DNA of 63,353 bases, the filler included. It is 6 parts of 6 records of this genome, joined end to end, with 100 filler letters (N's around TTAATTAATTAA, not from the genome) between each part and the next. Parts side by side here need not be neighbours in the genome. Positions count along the whole stretch, not along the records: positions 12,859 to 32,916 come from SRR20825010_3247; positions 33,017 to 39,692 come from SRR20825010_3248; positions 39,793 to 56,190 come from SRR20825010_3250; 3 more parts are not named here. One strand, 5' to 3'. How positions within the stretch are numbered: position 1 is the first letter of the stretch; each line of letters opens with the position of its first letter. Shown here in pieces: positions 32,849-42,114 of the stretch. The notes under the pieces are model-generated. The model saw nothing but the letters and a program-made list of their open reading frames with translations. It was not told the origin of the DNA and made no database searches. A program made the translations under genes and the position numbers.

Positions 32849-32879
32849 AACCGGGCGTCCCCAAGACGCCCGGTTTTTT
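32849..32879 (+). terminator. Intrinsic terminator after rpoC
   Basis: AACCGGGCGTC-cccaa-GACGCCCGGTT followed by a T tract. Confidence 0.9.
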
Positions 32880-32890
32880 CATGCGCGAAC

Positions 32891-32916
32891 GAGTCCTGAG
32901 TCCTGAGTCCTGAGTC
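32891..32916. repeat. Heptamer tandem repeat (GAGTCCT)n running into the contig end
   Basis: GAGTCCT x3 plus GAGTC. Confidence 0.9.
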
Positions 32917-33016
32917 NNNNNNNNNNNNNNNNNNNNNNNNNNNNNNNNNNNNNNNNNNNNTTAATTAATTAANNNNNNNNNNNNNNNNNNNNNNNNNNNN
33001 NNNNNNNNNNNNNNNN
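32917..33016. other. Artificial contig spacer
   Basis: N44-TTAATTAATTAA-N44. Confidence 0.99.
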
Positions 33017-34271
33017 GTCCACCGGTGCAAAAGGAGAAACCGATAAAGTCCAGCCGTTCAGATACCAGCTCTGCAAAATGCAAAAAGTATGTGCGTGTCT
33101 TTTCACGAAATTGGTTGGCTTTATCCTCGTAAATAATCGCATTGTCCTGATCGGTTTTCAGTGTTTGCTCCATTCTCCCTTCACTTCCCAATGCCATGAA
33201 AACAAACTTGGCAGGAGGAGGTCCTATTTCATGAATGACGCCTTCTATTACTTTTTGCGCAATGCTGTCAGAGATATTGGTGATGATCTGATTGACCAAT
33301 TCTGATTTTATTCCTCTAGTGAGCAGGTTGTAAGTCATTTTGGGAACTTCCGCCCACTTACTTTTCAACTCCTCGGTGGTAACCGCTACACGCACCGACT
33401 GAATAAATACAAAAGGAGATTGTGCCTGATCGTTCAAGAGTTTGTTTCGAGTGATTACGCCAATATCTTCTCCATTGTCTTCTACTATCAGGTATCGAAT
33501 TTTGTGGTTAAACATGAGCAAGATGGCTTCATAGATAAAAGCCGTCTTGGCTATTCTGAAAATGGGACCATCCATTATTTCCTCTACCGGAGTATGGGAA
33601 TGTTTTTGACCGCCAACAATTTTGTTTCGAAGAATGATATCGGTTACATAACCAACATAGCTCCCTTCATTCAAAACAAAAAGACAACTGAGCCTTTGCT
33701 CTTCCATCAACCTGGCAGCCTCATAGGAGGGAGTACCAACCGGACAGCTTACTATCGGGCGTGCATTTAGCGACTCCAGGGTTTGATTAAAAAATCGGTC
33801 AAAGGAGAACGATTCGGCTTCCATGGAATCGGATATAGCATAGTTGGCAAAACGATCATTAAGCATTTCCTTACCAAATGCCGATAAGAAATAATTGTAA
33901 AATGTCTCGTGACGGGCACATAAATCGATAAAACCTTCTTTTGGTATTCGATATACCTGGGTGCCCTTTGAAACAGCGACAGATTTGATCGATTTACCAT
34001 TGTTTAGCAAGATGGAGAACGCACCATAACTATCTCCTTTTGTTAGCTGAACAACTGTTTCTTGTTTTCCTGATGCGTTAATAAAGAAGGTTTCACATGC
34101 GCCTGTCCATATGATGTCCAGTCCTTTGAGTTTAGTTTTTTGCTGATGATAGATCGTTTCATCGCTATCAAAAGAAATTTCTTCAATGAGCGCAGCGATC
34201 CGGTCAAGCTCCGAAATCGGAAGCAAGTCAAAAGGAGTTGTCATTTTTAAGAATTCTTTTTTTTGATTCAT
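33017..34271 (-). CDS. cNMP-binding/CBS/DUF294 putative nucleotidyltransferase (3' end cut by contig edge)
   Basis: cNMP-like N-terminus, CBS pair, and GSEGRMEQTLKTDQDNA nucleotidyltransferase motif. ATGA overlap with the upstream gene. Confidence 0.9.
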
Positions 34272-34963
34272 AGCAATAGCCAGATAAGTCCAAGAACAGC
34301 AAACAACAAAACAGGTAATCCGCAACCAGATTTTTGACTGGTCTTCTTTTTAACTTTTATGGATAGGTTTTGTCGGGCAATGAGGTCGTCATTTATTTCG
34401 CCTTTTTGCACTAACGCGAAAAAACAGCGGGCGGTAGCTTCCGCATCCGTGGATGCATCATGTAAGCGTTCCATTTTTTCACCAAAAAGCCGGTGATACA
34501 ATTCATTCAGTTTTGGGAACCCCTGATTCGACAATTGGGTGTATTCGCTAGTAGCCAACATGGTACAGAAATGAGGATAGTTCGTCACACTGTTTTTGAG
34601 CCCTGAGCGATACATGGCGACCTGAAGCATTTTACTATCAAACTCAACAAAATGTCCGACAATTAAAGGTTTGTATTGCCTGAGGTCTCTTGCAATAAGA
34701 CGCATCACCGTTTTGCGGCTTTCTCCTTTTTCACTCAAAACCGCTTTCGTAATTCCGTGAATTTTTTCAGATGCGTTTTCATAGGTAATGTCCTCTTCGC
34801 AGATGAATCGATTTTGCCTTTTGATCAGCTTTCCTGTATTGTCGTAAATAAGCCAGGCAACCTGCAAAACAAAAGGCCAATGATCTGTCTCGGTAAACGA
34901 TTTATCCAGGTTATGCGGTATGCCGGAAGTTTCTGTATCTACAAAAAGCAGGTAGTTTCTCAT
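34268..34963 (-). CDS. DEDDh 3'-5' exonuclease with C-terminal membrane anchor
   Basis: FVDTETSG, GHFVEFD and HDASTDA; tail GCGLPVLLFAVLGLIWLLL. Confidence 0.88.
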   Translation of the reverse strand: MRNYLLFVDTETSGIPHNLDKSFTETDHWPFVLQVAWLIYDNTGKLIKRQNRFICEEDITYENASEKIHGITKAVLSEKGESRKTVMRLIARDLRQYKPLIVGHFVEFDSKMLQVAMYRSGLKNSVTNYPHFCTMLATSEYTQLSNQGFPKLNELYHRLFGEKMERLHDASTDAEATARCFFALVQKGEINDDLIARQNLSIKVKKKTSQKSGCGLPVLLFAVLGLIWLLL

Positions 34964-34978
34964 TTGTCGTGAAACAAG

Positions 34979-36124
34979 TTAATGAGAGCTACGCGCTTTC
35001 ACCTTATAAAAATAGCGGGAAACCGGGATCAGCCCCAGGCCCATGATCACTAGAAAGAGAAAGGAAATCCTCAGGTTAAAGGCATGGGCGAGATAACCGA
35101 TGATTGGTGGGCCAATAAGCATGCCCGTGGTGCCGTAGGTGGAAATGATAGCCACCACTATCCCGGGAGAATATTTTTTTGAGGCCCCAGCCTGAACGAT
35201 GGCCATAGGCATAATTGGGGCAACACCCAATCCCACCAACGCAAAGCCAAAGAGGGCGGGGTAGAAGCTGGGAAACGCTACCGCCAGCCCTATTCCGGAG
35301 GAAACCAGCAGCGAGCAAACGACGAATGTTTTTTTCATGCCCAGCCGGTCAATCAGTCCGTCTGAAGTGAACCGGGAAATGGTCATGCAAGTCATGAACA
35401 ATAGAAAGCCGAAAGTGAACACTTCAGCCTTCACCACTTCGCGGAAGTAAATTCCGCTCCAGTCGAACATACCTCCTTCGCAAATGGCCGCAAACAAGAT
35501 CAAAATACCAAGCGCCATGATGTAGGGATCGGGTTTGTTCAGGATGAGTTTGTTGCCCGTTGCAGAGCGGTCGTTTTGGATCAGGTTTCTAAAGGCAAAG
35601 AAGGCCGCAGGCAAAGCCAGACCCAAAACGATTGCAAAGTGCGTGAGCATTTTTACATCCAGTAGGATCATGAGGGTGGTGAAACCTACGCCGGTGATTC
35701 CGCCGAAACTCCATAAGCCGTGAAACGACCCGTTGATTTTTTTAGTGAATTGTTTTTGAATGGTAATGGACTGTGTGTTCATGGATACATTCACAATCCG
35801 CATGAAGAAGGCAACCAGAAATATCGAAACAATAAGCATGGTGATGCTGGTGGCAAAACCAATGGAAAACAGCGAAAGGGCATAAAGCGAAAAGGCAAAT
35901 ACCATGGGAATCCGTGTTTCGAATTTTGAAACCAGAAAGGCCGACAATGGCAGTCCCAATAGCGAACTCAGCGGCATCACCAATAGGATAGAGCCCAACT
36001 CGGCTTCATTCAGGCCAAGACTGGTTTTAATTGTCGGGATTCGGGACGTCCAGGTAGCAAAGCCAAAGCCGGATAAAAAGAAATAGGTACTGAGAGCGAT
36101 GCGTTGCTTTGTTTTGAGATTCAT
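34979..36124 (-). CDS. MFS transporter
   Basis: About 12 hydrophobic segments; WTSRIPTIK, FHGLWSFG and EGGMFDWS. Confidence 0.9.
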   Translation of the reverse strand: MNLKTKQRIALSTYFFLSGFGFATWTSRIPTIKTSLGLNEAELGSILLVMPLSSLLGLPLSAFLVSKFETRIPMVFAFSLYALSLFSIGFATSITMLIVSIFLVAFFMRIVNVSMNTQSITIQKQFTKKINGSFHGLWSFGGITGVGFTTLMILLDVKMLTHFAIVLGLALPAAFFAFRNLIQNDRSATGNKLILNKPDPYIMALGILILFAAICEGGMFDWSGIYFREVVKAEVFTFGFLLFMTCMTISRFTSDGLIDRLGMKKTFVVCSLLVSSGIGLAVAFPSFYPALFGFALVGLGVAPIMPMAIVQAGASKKYSPGIVVAIISTYGTTGMLIGPPIIGYLAHAFNLRISFLFLVIMGLGLIPVSRYFYKVKARSSH

Positions 36125-36146
36125 TGTTTTCCAATCAAATGAAGCG

Positions 36147-36154
36147 CAAAGATA
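36147..36154 (-). promoter_or_regulatory. Bacteroidota -7 promoter element for the MFS operon
   Basis: TATCTTTG(C) on the minus strand about 22 nt upstream of the ATG. Confidence 0.6.
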
Positions 36155-36231
36155 TTATTTGATTTTAAGCTTGATTTCATATTTTTGGACACATTTGATA
36201 AGTGGTCTTTTGCTTGTAACTCATTCTTTTT

Positions 36232-37323
36232 ATGAAAAAGTTTATTTTCATTGCGCTATTCTTCTTATTCTCGTTTTCCTACTGTTCAGCTCAGATTGAG
36301 GATACGGTATTCTTTGATGAAAATTTTCTGATAACTAAACGGAATTCAGGGTCTTATTACAGGATTTGCCTTATCGACACCACTTGGGGTAAATACCTTG
36401 GCCTGTTTGTGGACTATGACATGGACGGTGGCATTGTTCTGAAGGGTAATTACAATAACTCAGGACAGAAAGACGGAGTTTTTACACGCTATTATTCAAC
36501 TGGCGGTGTGTATAGTGCTGGGAGTTTTAAAAACGATAAAATGGATGGGGTATGGAAGTACTTTAATGAAGATGGAACGCCCTGGGAAACTATCCAATTT
36601 GTCGGAGATGATTTTTCTGTTCTCAAATATTTCACTGCCGATGGGGACACATTGCTAATTGACGGCACAGGAACTTGGGAAAAAAACACAATTGGATATA
36701 ATGAAAAATATGGTTGGCTTACTGCTTACTTTACGAATGGTGAAAAATCTGGAAAATGGGAGTGGGTCAATCAGTGGAACGAAAAAATTACCCTTGATGA
36801 AAAGTATGTCAAAGGGAAATTTCGCTCGGGAAAGGAAAAAACAGCGTTTTATGAATACAATTATGAAGTAAGTAAATTTGATCCATCAATGTTTTACTTC
36901 CCTAGTTTTATTCATATTGATGCCTATAAATATTCTCCAGGTGTGTTTAGGGATGATTATCCTTATTTTAAAAACCTACCAGTTAGACCTAGTGCCAATG
37001 ATGACGATGAGGAAGTTTACGCACTCCTTGAGAACCCAGCAGTATATCCCGGTGGAATGAGCGCATTTTATTCAATGATATCCAAATTGATGCAGTACCC
37101 CGAAGCGGCAAGGTTGTCAAATATTGAAGGAAAAGTATATGTGCAATTTGTTATTGATAAACAGGGGCAAGTGACCGACGTGCAAGCTGTAAAAGGAATA
37201 GGCTCTGGATGTGATGAGGAGGCTGTTAGAGTTGTCAAGGAAGCAGGAAACTGGAATCCAGCTCAACAGCGAGGTAGAGCGGTAAAACAAAGAATTGTAA
37301 TTCCGATCAGGTTCAGGTTGTAA
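36232..37323 (+). CDS. TonB C-terminal domain protein with MORN-like repeats
   Basis: Signal peptide; G.F..YY..G and DGVWKYFNEDG repeats; YPEAAR..IEGKVYVQFVID...GCDEEAVRVV. Confidence 0.88.
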   Translation: MKKFIFIALFFLFSFSYCSAQIEDTVFFDENFLITKRNSGSYYRICLIDTTWGKYLGLFVDYDMDGGIVLKGNYNNSGQKDGVFTRYYSTGGVYSAGSFKNDKMDGVWKYFNEDGTPWETIQFVGDDFSVLKYFTADGDTLLIDGTGTWEKNTIGYNEKYGWLTAYFTNGEKSGKWEWVNQWNEKITLDEKYVKGKFRSGKEKTAFYEYNYEVSKFDPSMFYFPSFIHIDAYKYSPGVFRDDYPYFKNLPVRPSANDDDEEVYALLENPAVYPGGMSAFYSMISKLMQYPEAARLSNIEGKVYVQFVIDKQGQVTDVQAVKGIGSGCDEEAVRVVKEAGNWNPAQQRGRAVKQRIVIPIRFRL

Positions 37324-37386
37324 ATTGTATTCCAACCATACTTCATCTGCGCGGTTCTAAAGCATAGACCTAAACCCAATCAAGTC

Positions 37387-37812
37387 ATGAATAAAGTAAT
37401 ATCCCTGGTACTTGTTGCAGTCGTTGCTTCTTTGCTTTGCGCTTGCGAGGAAGATATGCCTGAAGAAACCTTCGAACCTTCCATCGCCTTTCTGGTAAGC
37501 GAATGGCAGCTAATCCAGACGCTGGCCGATCCCGGTGATGGTAGCGGCACGTTTCAGGATGTGGAGAGTAGCAAGAAAGTGATGTTTTACGAGGATGGGT
37601 TGTTCACCTCCAACTACTCCATGTGCCAGATGTTTAGCCCCACGGATGAAACGGCAACAGGTTCGTATTCAATTGCGGATAGCCTGATGTTCCCTGCGGG
37701 ATGCAGCAGCGAAGCATACAAGCTTTGGTTTTGGATGGAAGATGCCAGCCATTTGGTGATCTATTACCCCTGCATCGAAGGATGTGGTGAACGCTACGAA
37801 AAGCTCGAATAA
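37387..37812 (+). CDS. Hypothetical lipoprotein (lipocalin-like)
   Basis: Lipobox LCAC; WQLIQTLADPGDGSG; ends CIEGCGERYEK. Confidence 0.75.
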   Translation: MNKVISLVLVAVVASLLCACEEDMPEETFEPSIAFLVSEWQLIQTLADPGDGSGTFQDVESSKKVMFYEDGLFTSNYSMCQMFSPTDETATGSYSIADSLMFPAGCSSEAYKLWFWMEDASHLVIYYPCIEGCGERYEKLE

Positions 37813-37815
37813 CCG

Positions 37816-38028
37816 TTATTCAATTACTGCTTCCTCTTTTCCGAAAACGATCCGATCGCCTGATCGCAGTTTTCGTCTTCTGCGCGTTTCCACTTCGTCA
37901 TTTACCTTCACTTCACCCTGATCGACGCGGACTTTGGCTTCTCCTCCGGTAGCTACCCAGCTCAATGCTTTTAGCAAATTGTTCAGTTCGATGTATTCCT
38001 CTCCTTCGCGGAGTGTAAACTTTTCCAT
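37816..38028 (-). CDS. S4-domain RNA-binding protein (YbcJ/YaaA-like, 70 aa)
   Basis: YIELNNLLK...TGGEAK...VKVNDEVETRRRRKLRSGD. Start moved to ATG 38028. Confidence 0.9.
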   Translation of the reverse strand: MEKFTLREGEEYIELNNLLKALSWVATGGEAKVRVDQGEVKVNDEVETRRRRKLRSGDRIVFGKEEAVIE

Positions 38029-38043
38029 GTGTAGATTAAAGCG

Positions 38044-38051
38044 CAAACCTA
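38044..38051 (-). promoter_or_regulatory. Bacteroidota -7 promoter element for the S4 gene
   Basis: TAGGTTTG(C) on the minus strand. Confidence 0.55.
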
Positions 38052-38119
38052 GACCAAAAAGTGAAGAATTTGACTCCTTTGATTCAACTCTGAAAAACCT
38101 TACACACCTTTGAAAGGCC

Positions 38120-38848
38120 ATGAACAAAAACCAACTTTCTACTTCGCAGGATATCACTCAGGAACAGTTGCTTTTGCGCGAGCAGATAGAAACGCTTAAA
38201 AAGGAATTGCAGGAGGTGGAAGCCCAAACCGAAGCTTTTGAAGCCGTGCTCCGCTCGCAGCTTATCAATGAGCTTATCGAAGTACAGGAACTCAATGTGC
38301 TTTACAAACAGCAGAAGCAGGCGAAAAAGGCAGGACGACTCGATCAAAAGCGGAAAGGCAAAAACTATAAAGAACCAACCGGACTGCTGGCAGCCAAGAG
38401 GAGGGATGCTGTTCAGGAAAATCCCGATGAGGCGAAAGAAAAGAAGCGACTGTATCGGGAAGCGATGGTGCATGTGCACCCAGATAAGTTTTCGATGAAA
38501 GAGGAAGGAACGGATTTAGCCACAGCTGTCACCGCCCAGCTTATAACCATTTATAAGACCGGGAGTTTGGCGGATTTGCAAGCCTTCCATGCACACATCT
38601 TCAGCGATCATGGACTGTTGACAGGTATTGATTCATCGGCAGTGAAGATCGCAACAACAGTACCCAACGATTATCTGAAACGTGAGAAGCAGCAACTGGA
38701 GGAAAGTCTGAGCACAGCTATAAACCGCCACACCTATCAGGTACTCACCACCTATTCCGACCCGATGACTTTTTTGATGGAGTTGAAAGTCTATTACCAT
38801 GATCGAATAATCAAGCTTAGAAGACGAACCCGCACCCATAAGAGTTAA
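38120..38848 (+). CDS. Coiled-coil protein with central J-domain-like HPD motif
   Basis: KKRLYREAMVHVHPDKF flanked by predicted coiled coils. Confidence 0.7.
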   Translation: MNKNQLSTSQDITQEQLLLREQIETLKKELQEVEAQTEAFEAVLRSQLINELIEVQELNVLYKQQKQAKKAGRLDQKRKGKNYKEPTGLLAAKRRDAVQENPDEAKEKKRLYREAMVHVHPDKFSMKEEGTDLATAVTAQLITIYKTGSLADLQAFHAHIFSDHGLLTGIDSSAVKIATTVPNDYLKREKQQLEESLSTAINRHTYQVLTTYSDPMTFLMELKVYYHDRIIKLRRRTRTHKS

Positions 38849-39058
38849 AGGTGGAAAACTGAAAGTTTTAAACTGATTAAGTAAAACCAGTCAACCTATT
38901 TTAGCTACAGTGCCCGAACCGACCAAATATACCGGCAGGTTGCCACAACTGGTTTCGATAAAATCAAAAATCGGTTAGATTTGGAATAAACATATGGTGG
39001 TTAATAGCAACTCGTTGCGGTTAATTTGATATTGCAACTCATAGTCTTCACAACGCAG

Positions 39059-39520
39059 ATGATCGAACGAACAAACTTATTTCTCCTGATTGCACTGCTA
39101 ACACTGAACTACGGATTTAGTCAGAAACTGCCAACCGACTCCTTGGTGAGATTATAAATTGCCGACACTGCACCAGTACCGATTGGCGGAATGGAGGCTG
39201 TCTACAAATGGTTCTGGGAACAGAAAGGTGGAACCATTTTCAACCAAACTGATACTCTAGACTGTTCAACATTTAGAGGTGGAAAGGTGCTTGTTGATTT
39301 TATTGTCGAGAGGACAGGGAATCATTCTAACATCAACATTGCCTACGGTCTTGGGGAACCCTATGATGGCTACTGCTTAGAGTTAGTGAAGCAACTCCCA
39401 ATCGCTTGGCAACCGGGAACTAGGGACGGTTTACCGGTTAACGTCGAATCATCTCTTCCATTTAGTTTTTGCAAGAGTGAATTACCTGAATCCGAACCAA
39501 ATAAGAAGCGCAAAAATTGA
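39059..39520 (+). pseudogene. TonB-C domain gene interrupted by an in-frame TAA (39155-39157)
   Basis: ATG 39059 encodes a signal peptide, MIERTNLFLLIALLTLNYGFSQ...RL*IADTAPVPIGGME, in frame with ORF 39191 (GKVLVDFIVERTG...WQPGTRDGLPV). Confidence 0.7.
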
Positions 39521-39625
39521 CGCATGTGTGAACTGAGCATTTTTCGAGCTTCCTTGCAACTCGACCGTGAATCCGCCGCTGAGTAGAGTCTTGTGCATTT
39601 CTACAAGGTGTGGCTCGCAGCAGAT

Positions 39626-39691
39626 CCTGATGTTTTGGCAGCAGTTTGACTGGCCGCTCTTACACGCATCGCATTCCTGACAGTTGATGTA
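39626..39691 (-). pseudogene. Fragment of a zinc-binding alcohol dehydrogenase; similarity is lost after the structural zinc motif
   Basis: Minus strand reads YINCQECDACKSGQSNCCQNIR (CxxCxxC-x7-C), then unrelated sequence to an early stop. Confidence 0.5.
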
Positions 39692-39692
39692 G

Positions 39693-39792
39693 NNNNNNNN
39701 NNNNNNNNNNNNNNNNNNNNNNNNNNNNNNNNNNNNTTAATTAATTAANNNNNNNNNNNNNNNNNNNNNNNNNNNNNNNNNNNNNNNNNNNN
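39693..39792. other. Artificial contig spacer
   Basis: N44-TTAATTAATTAA-N44. Confidence 0.99.
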
Positions 39793-39870
39793 ACGTTTGA
39801 GTTTGCGTGTTTGATTGCAGGTCATTTTCAGGCAGGCATGGTGGGAACAATCACCGTGGCAGCCAATTAA
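39793..39870 (+). CDS. C-terminus of a cupredoxin (CopI/plastocyanin-azurin family); 5' end cut by contig edge; absent from the ORF track
   Basis: TFEFACLIAGHFQAGMVGTITVAAN* carries the type-1 copper C-x4-H-x4-M motif. Confidence 0.8.
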   Translation, partial: TFEFACLIAGHFQAGMVGTITVAAN

Positions 39871-39889
39871 CTTTTGAAGGAGTAACACC

Positions 39890-40249
39890 ATGAAGAACAC
39901 ATTGAAACTGAGTGCGATTGCATTGACCCTGTTGGGTGCCGGCAGCGTGTTTGCTGCCAATCACAGTGGCGCACACAACCACGACCATGGCGCTGCAAAG
40001 GAAGCAAAAGAAACCGTGGCTGCCGCTGAAATGGCCAATGGCGAAATTCGCAAAATCAACAAAGCCACCGGCAAGGTGACCTTGAAGCACGGCGAGATCA
40101 AAAGTGTTGAAATGCCGCCCATGACCATGGTGTTTGGTGTGGCTGACAAAGCCATGCTGGAAGGCTTGAAAGAAGGCGACAAAGTGCAGTTTGATGTGAA
40201 GCAGGACGGGTCAAACTACACCGTGACCGAGATCAAAAAAGCCCAGTAA
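39890..40249 (+). CDS. cusF: CusF-family periplasmic copper-binding protein
   Basis: Signal peptide, His-rich linker and TLKHGEI...MPPMTMVF. SD AAGGAG. Confidence 0.88.
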   Translation: MKNTLKLSAIALTLLGAGSVFAANHSGAHNHDHGAAKEAKETVAAAEMANGEIRKINKATGKVTLKHGEIKSVEMPPMTMVFGVADKAMLEGLKEGDKVQFDVKQDGSNYTVTEIKKAQ

Positions 40250-40260
40250 ATGCAGGTGGT

Positions 40261-41016
40261 TTATCGGTAAGAAATCAGGCCATTGGGTTTGGCAGCGAAT
40301 GCTTCCAGCCCACTGGCCTGGTCTGCCAGTACGCCTGCTATTTCGCCTTCAAAATGCGCTTGCTCATTGAAGCTGGACAGGCTGATGCCACGTTGGCCAA
40401 ACAGCAATTTGCTGACGCTGCAATTGGTGATCATCCAGTTCAAATTGAATGCATTCGAATCGGGCAATTGAAGCAAATTCTGAGCAATCGCTGTGATCGG
40501 CCCACCTGAAGTAAACACCACCACATTGGCCGAAGGCCTTAACTGCATGGCTTGCGCCGTTACTGCGCCCAAGCCGCTCATCACCCTTGCCTTGAATACA
40601 CGCCAGCTTTCCGGGTAATCGGCATCGTGTTCGCCGCCAACCCAGCGTGCAATTGCCTTCTCGAAAATTTGTTGAAACGCTTTGCGTGGGTCGGCGTTTT
40701 TCATCACCTGTTTCTCGAATACATCGGAATCGTCGAACTGACCAATCAAAGCCTGCAAAATGGTTTCGTGGTCGTATTCGTTCAGGGTGGAAATCTGCAC
40801 GGGTTCCTGAAGCACACCATAGGTGCTTGAAAAAGCCTGTGCAGTTTGCAAGTGCCGGTTCATGCTGCCACTGAAAAAACCATGCAGGTGTATTTTTCGT
40901 GCTCTGAACCATGCACCAAGCTGCGCGGCTTGAAGTTGCCCAAGGTCAGACAGATTGTCGTAATCTGCGCTGTCAAAACTGGCCTGACCGTGGCGAACCA
41001 AATAGAGAGTGCCCAT
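40261..41016 (-). CDS. Histidine phosphatase family protein
   Basis: LVRHGQASF, LNEYD and VFTSGG. Confidence 0.9.
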   Translation of the reverse strand: MGTLYLVRHGQASFDSADYDNLSDLGQLQAAQLGAWFRARKIHLHGFFSGSMNRHLQTAQAFSSTYGVLQEPVQISTLNEYDHETILQALIGQFDDSDVFEKQVMKNADPRKAFQQIFEKAIARWVGGEHDADYPESWRVFKARVMSGLGAVTAQAMQLRPSANVVVFTSGGPITAIAQNLLQLPDSNAFNLNWMITNCSVSKLLFGQRGISLSSFNEQAHFEGEIAGVLADQASGLEAFAAKPNGLISYR

Positions 41017-41022
41017 GCCCGA

Positions 41023-42114
41023 TCAACTCCGTTTCTTGATCAGCGCTTTGCAGCGCCAATCGAAATAATTCACCATGATCCAGAAATTCTTGAACGCCGG
41101 GTTGCGGGTTTGTCGGTGGTAATAGCGGTAGTAAATTTGTTGTGCAATCACGGCCAGCCGGAACAAACCAAACACTTCGTAGAAGGTCCAGTTGTTGGTT
41201 TCAATGCCTGTGCTTTTCAGGTAGTGCTGCACAATTTCCTCGCGTGTCATCATGCCGTTCAGTGAGGACGGTTGCCGTTGCAGCATTTTCATCAGGAAAT
41301 TGTCATCTGCCTGCACCCAGTAGGCCAGGGCACTGCCAAGGTCCATCAGCGGGTCCCCCACCGTGGCCAGTTCCCAGTCCAGTACACCAATTACTTCCAC
41401 TGGGTTTGCCGGGTTCAACACCACATTGTCCAGCCGCCAGTCGTTGTGGATCATGCGCAGTTTCATGTCTTCAGGGCAGTTTAGGTCCAGCCACCTGCGA
41501 ACTTTGTTGAATGAGCTGACATTCCACGTGCGTGCCTTGTCATAACGCTGGCTCCAGCCGTCCAGCTGGCGGCGAGTGTAGCCACTGCCTTTGCTCAGGG
41601 TGTCCAGCCCGCTGCTGTGCAAATCGACCTGGTGCAGCTCAATCAGCTTGTCCCACATGTTTGTGCAAAGCGCGCGCGTTTGGTTTGTGGTCAATTTCAA
41701 ATCGCGTGGCATGTGCTTGCGCGGAATAATGCCTTCAATGCGCTGCATCACATAAAATTCACTGCCAATCAATGATTCATCTGCGCAGTGCCCCACCATG
41801 TCGGGCACATGGGGGTACACTGGCTTTAGCAGGCTTTGTATGCGGTATTCCCGACCCATGTCGTGCGCACCCTTGGCCTTGGTGCCCTTGGGTGGACGGC
41901 GCAAAATAAGGTCGGCTTCCGGATACTTCAAGCGGTACGTCCAGTTCGAAGCGCCACCCGAATACTGTGTCAACTCCGGGTTGTCGCTAATGGTTAAACC
42001 CTGTGCGCGCAACCAGCCCGTGACCACATCTGTGTTCAGTTCTTCGCCTTTGCGAACGTTGCCACCTTTGTCTATCACTGCATCCTTCACCGCATCAATT
42101 GCAGCATTCGTCAT
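41023..42114 (-). CDS. APH-like phosphotransferase (ACAD10/11 kinase-like)
   Basis: GGASNWTY, LRRPP...AHDMGREY, HNDWRLDN and LDWELATVGDPLMDL. Confidence 0.9.
   Translation of the reverse strand: MTNAAIDAVKDAVIDKGGNVRKGEELNTDVVTGWLRAQGLTISDNPELTQYSGGASNWTYRLKYPEADLILRRPPKGTKAKGAHDMGREYRIQSLLKPVYPHVPDMVGHCADESLIGSEFYVMQRIEGIIPRKHMPRDLKLTTNQTRALCTNMWDKLIELHQVDLHSSGLDTLSKGSGYTRRQLDGWSQRYDKARTWNVSSFNKVRRWLDLNCPEDMKLRMIHNDWRLDNVVLNPANPVEVIGVLDWELATVGDPLMDLGSALAYWVQADDNFLMKMLQRQPSSLNGMMTREEIVQHYLKSTGIETNNWTFYEVFGLFRLAVIAQQIYYRYYHRQTRNPAFKNFWIMVNYFDWRCKALIKKRS

Noticed and set aside
28392-32916. CRISPR array suggested by short direct repeats (28392-28424, 32891-32916)
   Set aside because: No spacers between copies, wrong repeat length, and no cas genes.
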